DNA of 64,000 nt from Nitrosopumilus sp. (GTDB lineage Archaea; Thermoproteota; Nitrososphaeria; Nitrososphaerales; Nitrosopumilaceae): the NCBI GenBank assembly GCA_965218695.1, contig OZ244651.1, forward strand, positions 1 to 64,000. The letters run 5' to 3'. Each line of letters begins with the position of its first letter. The stretch's first letter is position 1. The translations under genes and the position numbers were made by a program. Below, piece after piece: positions 59,031-64,000 of the stretch. The notes beneath the pieces are model-generated. The model did not search any database and was not told where the DNA came from. It saw nothing but the letters and a program-made list of their open reading frames with translations.

Positions 59031-59849
59031 TTGAAGAGGATCGGCCTGCTGGGCTGCGGTGCAATAGGAACCCGAATCGCGCTGGCAATAGATTCGGGAA
59101 GGATTCCTGCAACCCTTACACACGTGTATGATGACTCAAGGGATGCCTCTGCCAAACTGGCAGGACAACTCAAGAACAGGCCCGTAATAGTTGAAAATTC
59201 CCACCTCCTCTCATCGCATCCGGTAGACATCGTAGTGGAGGCTGCATCCCAGGATGCAGTCAGGGATGTGGCGCTGAGCGTCCTGCAGAACAGGAGGGAC
59301 CTCATGGTAATGAGCGTGGGTGCGCTGCTTGACGAGTCGGTCCACGAGGTGCTCTCAGATGCATGCGGTGACTTTTCGCGGACCATCCTTCTGCCGTCAG
59401 GTGCGATTGCAGGACTGGACGCAATAAGGGCAGTCCGGGACGAACTTGACAGCGTCTGCATTACCACCACAAAGCACCCGTCGTCTTTGAAGGGGGCAAG
59501 GTTCTTCGAGGAGTCCGGGATTGATCCTAACGGTATCGATTCGGCAACCACAATATTTGAGGGAACCGCAGGACAGGGAGTACGCATGTTTCCTGCAAAC
59601 ATCAACGTTGCAGCGCTGCTGTCGCTGTCGGGGATAGGCAGCGACAGGACCACGGTGAGAATAGTTGCAGACCCCAATACTGACAGGAACACCCACCACA
59701 TAGAGGCTGTCGGAAAATTTGGGAGCATGTCGTTTACGATACGGAACTTTCCGGATCCGCAGAACCCCAAGACGAGCAGACTGGCGACCCTGTCTGCAAT
59801 CGAGACCCTGAGGGAGTACTGTTCAGACGGAATCCGGATAGGCACGTGA
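59031..59849 (+). CDS. nadX: L-aspartate dehydrogenase
   Basis: GCGAIG, VEAAS, PSGAIAGLD, FPANINVAA, NPKTS. Confidence 0.95.
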   Translation: MKRIGLLGCGAIGTRIALAIDSGRIPATLTHVYDDSRDASAKLAGQLKNRPVIVENSHLLSSHPVDIVVEAASQDAVRDVALSVLQNRRDLMVMSVGALLDESVHEVLSDACGDFSRTILLPSGAIAGLDAIRAVRDELDSVCITTTKHPSSLKGARFFEESGIDPNGIDSATTIFEGTAGQGVRMFPANINVAALLSLSGIGSDRTTVRIVADPNTDRNTHHIEAVGKFGSMSFTIRNFPDPQNPKTSRLATLSAIETLREYCSDGIRIGT

Positions 59850-59940
59850 CATGGCAATTATTGCCACATTGGAGGGGTTTTTTGAGAATAATTGACTATT
59901 TCCCACTCTTTAAATCACCTCGGATTCAAATGGATAAGGC

Positions 59941-60897
59941 ATGCTCGTACAGCAGTCTTCACTATTAAAAGATGAGATTCAGAGACTCAAGAAGGAGAAG
60001 GATGTCGTAATCCTTGCACACAACTACCAGATTCCCGATGTCCAGGATGTGGCAGACTTTACAGGCGATTCGCTTGGCCTCTCAAGGCAGGCTGCAACGG
60101 TCTCACAGAAGACCATCCTGTTCTGCGGCGTGAACTTTATGGCAGAGACTGCGGCAATCATCAGCCCCGAAAAGAGGGTGCTGATTCCGGATCCGGAGGC
60201 AGGATGCTCCCTGTCAGACTCCATCACCGTCAAGGAGCTGAGGGACTGGAAGAGACAGCATCCCGGAGCCATATCCGTAGGGTACGTCAACACTACTGCA
60301 GAGATCAAGGCAGAGCTTGACTACTGCTGTACCTCATCAAACGCAGTAAACGTCGTCAGGGCGATTCCAGAGGACAAGGAGATCCTGTTCCTGCCAGACA
60401 TGTTCTTGGGCTCCTACGTTGCAAGAATGACGGGCAGGAAGAACATGAAGATATGGGCAGGGGAGTGCCATGTCCACGCCGGAATCACCCCGCAGGACAT
60501 CACCAAAAAACTGGACTCGATGAGGGACGCAGAGTTTGTCATACATCCAGAATGCAGCTGCACCACGCCCATGATGTATGATGCGGCAACAGGCGGCTTC
60601 GGGGACAGGAACGTATCCATCCTGTCCACAGAGGGCATGCTTAATCACGTCAGCAGATCAAAGGCAAGCAGGTTTGTAGTTGCCACCGAGACGGGCATAC
60701 TGTACAGGATGAGACAGCAGAATCCGGGCAAGACCTTCGTTCCCGCATCAGAAAAGGCCGAATGCCAGTACATGAAGATGATCACGCTTGAAAAGGTGCA
60801 CGATGCGCTGGTCAACGAAAGATATGCCGTTACCGTGCCTGCAGGCATTGCCAGAAAGGCACGCCGGGCAATCAACAGGATGCTTGAGATAAGCTAG
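59941..60897 (+). CDS. nadA: quinolinate synthase
   Basis: LAHNYQ, GDSL, CGVNFMAE, AGCSL, CHVH, HPEC, CQYMK. Confidence 0.96.
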   Translation: MLVQQSSLLKDEIQRLKKEKDVVILAHNYQIPDVQDVADFTGDSLGLSRQAATVSQKTILFCGVNFMAETAAIISPEKRVLIPDPEAGCSLSDSITVKELRDWKRQHPGAISVGYVNTTAEIKAELDYCCTSSNAVNVVRAIPEDKEILFLPDMFLGSYVARMTGRKNMKIWAGECHVHAGITPQDITKKLDSMRDAEFVIHPECSCTTPMMYDAATGGFGDRNVSILSTEGMLNHVSRSKASRFVVATETGILYRMRQQNPGKTFVPASEKAECQYMKMITLEKVHDALVNERYAVTVPAGIARKARRAINRMLEIS

Positions 60898-60914
60898 GAC
60901 CGTGTTATGTGGCC

Positions 60915-61310
60915 ATGACAGGATTGTTTGGCAGGCCCGCAGATCCCCACAGGAAGGAGAATGTAAAGAGGATAAAGGAGTTCAAAAAGCTTGTCAGGGA
61001 TGAAAAATACGACGAGGCAGTCAGGGCAGGCACGGAATATCTGAAAAGGGTGCCGGGAAATCAGGATGTCCTGTTTACCATCGGCGGAATATACTACATG
61101 AAGAGGAGGTACAAGACGTCCATAACATATCTTGACAGGGCCCTTGAGATTGGCTCGTATGACACAGAGGCGCTGCTGCTCAAGGCGCACTCCCACCACA
61201 GGCTGGGCCAGATGAAGCAGGCAATCCGGTGCTGCAAGAAGATTCAGGAGGTGGATCCAAAGAACAAGGCAGTGACAGAACTGCTACGGCAGGCAGAGTC
61301 AGATCTCTAG
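60915..61310 (+). CDS. tetratricopeptide repeat protein
   Basis: TPR-like helices (YLDRALEI, EVDPKN). Confidence 0.8.
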   Translation: MTGLFGRPADPHRKENVKRIKEFKKLVRDEKYDEAVRAGTEYLKRVPGNQDVLFTIGGIYYMKRRYKTSITYLDRALEIGSYDTEALLLKAHSHHRLGQMKQAIRCCKKIQEVDPKNKAVTELLRQAESDL

Positions 61311-62120
61311 ACTCATGTCGATGCACCTGACAGAGTTTGTAATGGAGCCAGCAGAGATGATGTCAACTCCGGTATCGGCATACCTTGAGATGTTGCCCGG
61401 CGTGATTCCGCCTGACGCCTCCAACCGTACGCCGTCCCGGAGTCCTGCGTCCTTGAGGATCCGGATGGTCTCTTTGATCTGCGCCGGGGTAAAGTTGTCC
61501 AGCATCACGATTGCAGCCCCCTCCCTTGCGGCGAGAAGGGCATCATCGGCATTCTCCACCTCGACTTCGAATGTATCATGCGTCTTTCTTGCCTCCCTGA
61601 TCAGTGCCAAAAGGGAGCCGCCGGCAGCGATGTGGTTGTCTTTTATCATGACCATCTCGTCAAGCCGGAGCCGGTGCGGCCGGCCGCCGCCTGCCTGGAC
61701 TGCCTCCTTGTCAAAGTATCGCAGCCCGGGGGCAGTCTTTCTTGTTGCATACAAAAGCGTCCCGGCCGGAATCCTCCGAACCATCTGGTCAGTCTGGGTT
61801 GCAATCCCGCTCATTCTTGCAAGCAGGTTCAGGGCGGTCCTCTCGCATGCCAAAATGTCTGCAGCATTGCCGGCAACAGTCATTATGGTCTGATTGGGCC
61901 GGATTGGCGAGCCGTCCTTTACAAGGATTCTTGCCCTGCACCCTGTCATCCCAAACAGGTCCCTTGCATGCGTCGTGCCTGCAAGCACTGCATCCTCCCG
62001 GGATATTATTCTGGCACAAATCTGTTTTTTGGGCAGAAGCGCACCCGTGATGTCGCCGGCTCCTACATCCTCTGCAAGAAACTGTGCCAGCTGCCTTTTG
62101 GTATCAGACGACAATGTCAT
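61299..62120 (-). CDS. nadC: nicotinate-nucleotide pyrophosphorylase (carboxylating)
   Basis: EDVGAGDIT, ERTALNL, TRKTAPG, IKDNH, MLDNF, EASGGI. Confidence 0.96.
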   Translation of the reverse strand: MTLSSDTKRQLAQFLAEDVGAGDITGALLPKKQICARIISREDAVLAGTTHARDLFGMTGCRARILVKDGSPIRPNQTIMTVAGNAADILACERTALNLLARMSGIATQTDQMVRRIPAGTLLYATRKTAPGLRYFDKEAVQAGGGRPHRLRLDEMVMIKDNHIAAGGSLLALIREARKTHDTFEVEVENADDALLAAREGAAIVMLDNFTPAQIKETIRILKDAGLRDGVRLEASGGITPGNISRYADTGVDIISAGSITNSVRCIDMSLEI

Positions 62121-62158
62121 TATGGGTTATTGGAGGATTTTAAATATTTGAGTTCCCG

Positions 62159-62347
62159 CTATGTCACCTTTATGGCGTACTTGCCCTTCTTGGTAATGCC
62201 AAGGGTCTTTGAGATCTCGGAGTTTGTAGGATCCACTACGAAGACTATTCCGTTCCAGTCAGGCGTCAGATCAGAGGACTTGCAGATGGGGCATACCCTT
62301 CCGATTGTGACAAACTTGCACTTCCTGCATGCCATCTCGCGCGCCAT
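62159..62347 (-). CDS. spt4: transcription elongation factor Spt4 (RpoE'')
   Basis: ACRKCK...CPICKS...DWNG...GKYAIKV. Confidence 0.93.
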   Translation of the reverse strand: MAREMACRKCKFVTIGRVCPICKSSDLTPDWNGIVFVVDPTNSEISKTLGITKKGKYAIKVT

Positions 62348-62348
62348 A

Positions 62349-62930
62349 TCAGCTTGCTCCTGCCGACTTGCCATCCTCGGCGTCTGCCTTTTCAATCTCT
62401 TCGGCGATCCAGCTGTCCGCACCCAGGAACGGCTGCCTGCACGTGATGCCAATCTTGCCCATCGTTGCGGCCTTTCCTAGCGATACGGCAGTTATTCTTG
62501 CACGGATCGTTGAGCCCACCTTGAGTGTTCTTCCGCTCTGGTTGGCCAGAATCATTCCGGACTTTACGTCGCTCTTCAGATAGTCGTCCATTACCTGTGA
62601 GAGATGGAGCAGTGCATCCGTTGGACCGATTCGGACAAACGCGCCAAAGTCGGTAATGTCGACGATCTCGCCCTGGACGATCTCCTGCAGTTTTGGATAA
62701 AATGTAAGCGCCTCGAACTGGACCTTGTGGAATGTTCCGCCATCCCCTGCAATCATTTTGCCCATGTTGTCAACCTTGGCATCCAGAATCATGATGATGT
62801 ATCCAAGCTCTGCATTAATCATGCTCTCGTACTTTTCCTTCAGTATGTTCATTGCAGCCTTCTTGAGCGTGGTCTCAAATAGGTTGGGCGGAATTCGTAC
62901 AACATCAACTAGGGTGGATATTGAAAACAC
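62349..62930 (-). CDS. rpoE1: DNA-directed RNA polymerase subunit E' (Rpo7)
   Basis: VRIPP, GDGG, FGAFVRIGPTDALLH, IGITCRQPFLG. Confidence 0.96.
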   Translation of the reverse strand: MFSISTLVDVVRIPPNLFETTLKKAAMNILKEKYESMINAELGYIIMILDAKVDNMGKMIAGDGGTFHKVQFEALTFYPKLQEIVQGEIVDITDFGAFVRIGPTDALLHLSQVMDDYLKSDVKSGMILANQSGRTLKVGSTIRARITAVSLGKAATMGKIGITCRQPFLGADSWIAEEIEKADAEDGKSAGAS

Positions 62931-63150
62931 AGTGTGCTGTTCTCCTAAATTTCAGTTTATGAATCTTTGGATAACCGATGGGTACGCACTCAGGTCCCTT
63001 ATAAACACAGACATAATTCATTGCAAATTCGTGCCTAGAATTGTATTGGACCTGAGTGCGTACACCGATGGTCCGGGTCGGTTTAGTTGTGGCAGTTCAG
63101 AATGCGACGTCACCACAGGAGGGCCCAAGGCCAATTCCGTTGAGGCCAGA

Positions 63151-63672
63151 TCACTCCACGGTGACCAGTCCAACCATCCATGGATGAACTATGCAAAAGT
63201 AGTCATAGGTTCCTGCATCGGTAAATGTAAACTCGTACGAGTCACCTGGCGGAAGCAGTCCGGAGTCAAATATTGGCTCGGGAAACGTCTGCGGATCGCC
63301 GTACGTTACAGTGTGTGCAGCGTTGTCCTCGCTCTCCCATACAAGGGTCTCACCGGCAGAGATGGTAATGGCAGAAGGTACAAAGCACTCGTCGGCTACC
63401 TCACATCCTGGAAGGGATGTTCCTGCCGGAATGACTACGGTGGGAACGCATTGGCCCTTATGATCCAGATTGACGCGGGCCTCATCCATCACACATATGT
63501 TGTCATAGGTCCGGCCGTCAATGCCGCATACTGGATCCAGTTCTGCAGGGCAGAGCGTGGGTTCGCTGACTATGCGCGGTTGAATGACATCGTCTGGCGA
63601 GGCGGCAATGAATCCCAGGGAGATGGCAACAAGAATTCCGACTGCAGCGATTATACCATAGGAGAAATTCAT
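63151..63672 (-). CDS. membrane-anchored Kazal-domain / plastocyanin-like blue copper fusion protein
   Basis: TM/signal; CPAELDPVCGIDGRTYDNIC...KGQC (Kazal); AAHTVT ... YFCIVHPWM (type-1 Cu). Confidence 0.85.
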   Translation of the reverse strand: MNFSYGIIAAVGILVAISLGFIAASPDDVIQPRIVSEPTLCPAELDPVCGIDGRTYDNICVMDEARVNLDHKGQCVPTVVIPAGTSLPGCEVADECFVPSAITISAGETLVWESEDNAAHTVTYGDPQTFPEPIFDSGLLPPGDSYEFTFTDAGTYDYFCIVHPWMVGLVTVE

Positions 63673-63673
63673 C

Positions 63674-64000
63674 TTAGCCACCTGATAGTTTTGCAAACTT
63701 TTCGTTCTTACTTAACGTTTCCATGAACTGTATGTTGGATAAGGCAACTACTGCCGACTCTGCCACCGGCGCGTTAGAATCATCAAGGGCCTTTTCAAGA
63801 GTGTCCTTTGCCTCCCTTGAGCCCACCACGCCCAAGGCAATTGCGGCCTCGTGCCGTACAAACATGCTTGGATCGTTGAGGGTTGCATCACTTAATGGGG
63901 GTATGGAGCTGGAATAGCACATCTGGCCCAGCGAGAACGCGGCCTCGTGCCGTACAAGTTCGTTTTCATCATGCTTGAGAACCTGCGCGATGTACGGAAC
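63674..64000 (-). CDS. HEAT-repeat protein, deoxyhypusine-hydroxylase/PBS-lyase-like (5' partial)
   Basis: Repeated VRHEAAFSLG / VRHEAAIALG; frame runs off the window end. Confidence 0.8.
   Translation of the reverse strand, partial: VPYIAQVLKHDENELVRHEAAFSLGQMCYSSSIPPLSDATLNDPSMFVRHEAAIALGVVGSREAKDTLEKALDDSNAPVAESAVVALSNIQFMETLSKNEKFAKLSGG

Overview
Archaeal DNA from an ammonia-oxidising thaumarchaeote (Nitrosopumilaceae-like: PEF-CTERM protein, multiple plastocyanin-like copper proteins, Vgb-like surface protein, nurA-herA-mre11-rad50, rpoE1/spt4). The host-associated lifestyle suggested below is inference only. The first ~41 kb is heavily invaded by mobile DNA (~14 kb by my sum of element lengths). 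It holds a nested pair of single-ORF IS66 elements, two IS630 elements (one splits a LivJ-like/VWA fusion gene), an ISH3/IS4-like element, two near-identical IS66 copies and a TnpB remnant. It also holds an unusual IS6-related element (SWIM finger + DDE, divergent AbrB-like gene, ~85-bp TIRs, 9-bp TSD) and a family of GGCTCTG-ended MITEs; two of these MITEs bracket a cellular gene as an apparent composite transposon with an 8-bp TSD. The last ~23 kb is IS-free housekeeping DNA (GGR, EF-1beta, CDC48, ctaB, hppA, Mrp, DSB repair operon, NAD synthesis, RNAP subunits). The best candidates for something new are: (i) a CARF-like/wHTH regulator divergent from a PIN nuclease across a palindromic operator, next to an AT-rich UvrD-PD-(D/E)xK fusion and a 39-bp/34-bp repeat-spacer-repeat; (ii) the IS6-like/MITE gene-mobilisation system; (iii) a Kazal-inhibitor/cupredoxin fusion. 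I recognised no rRNA, tRNA or bona fide CRISPR array. All family calls are from motif recognition by eye, not database searches.
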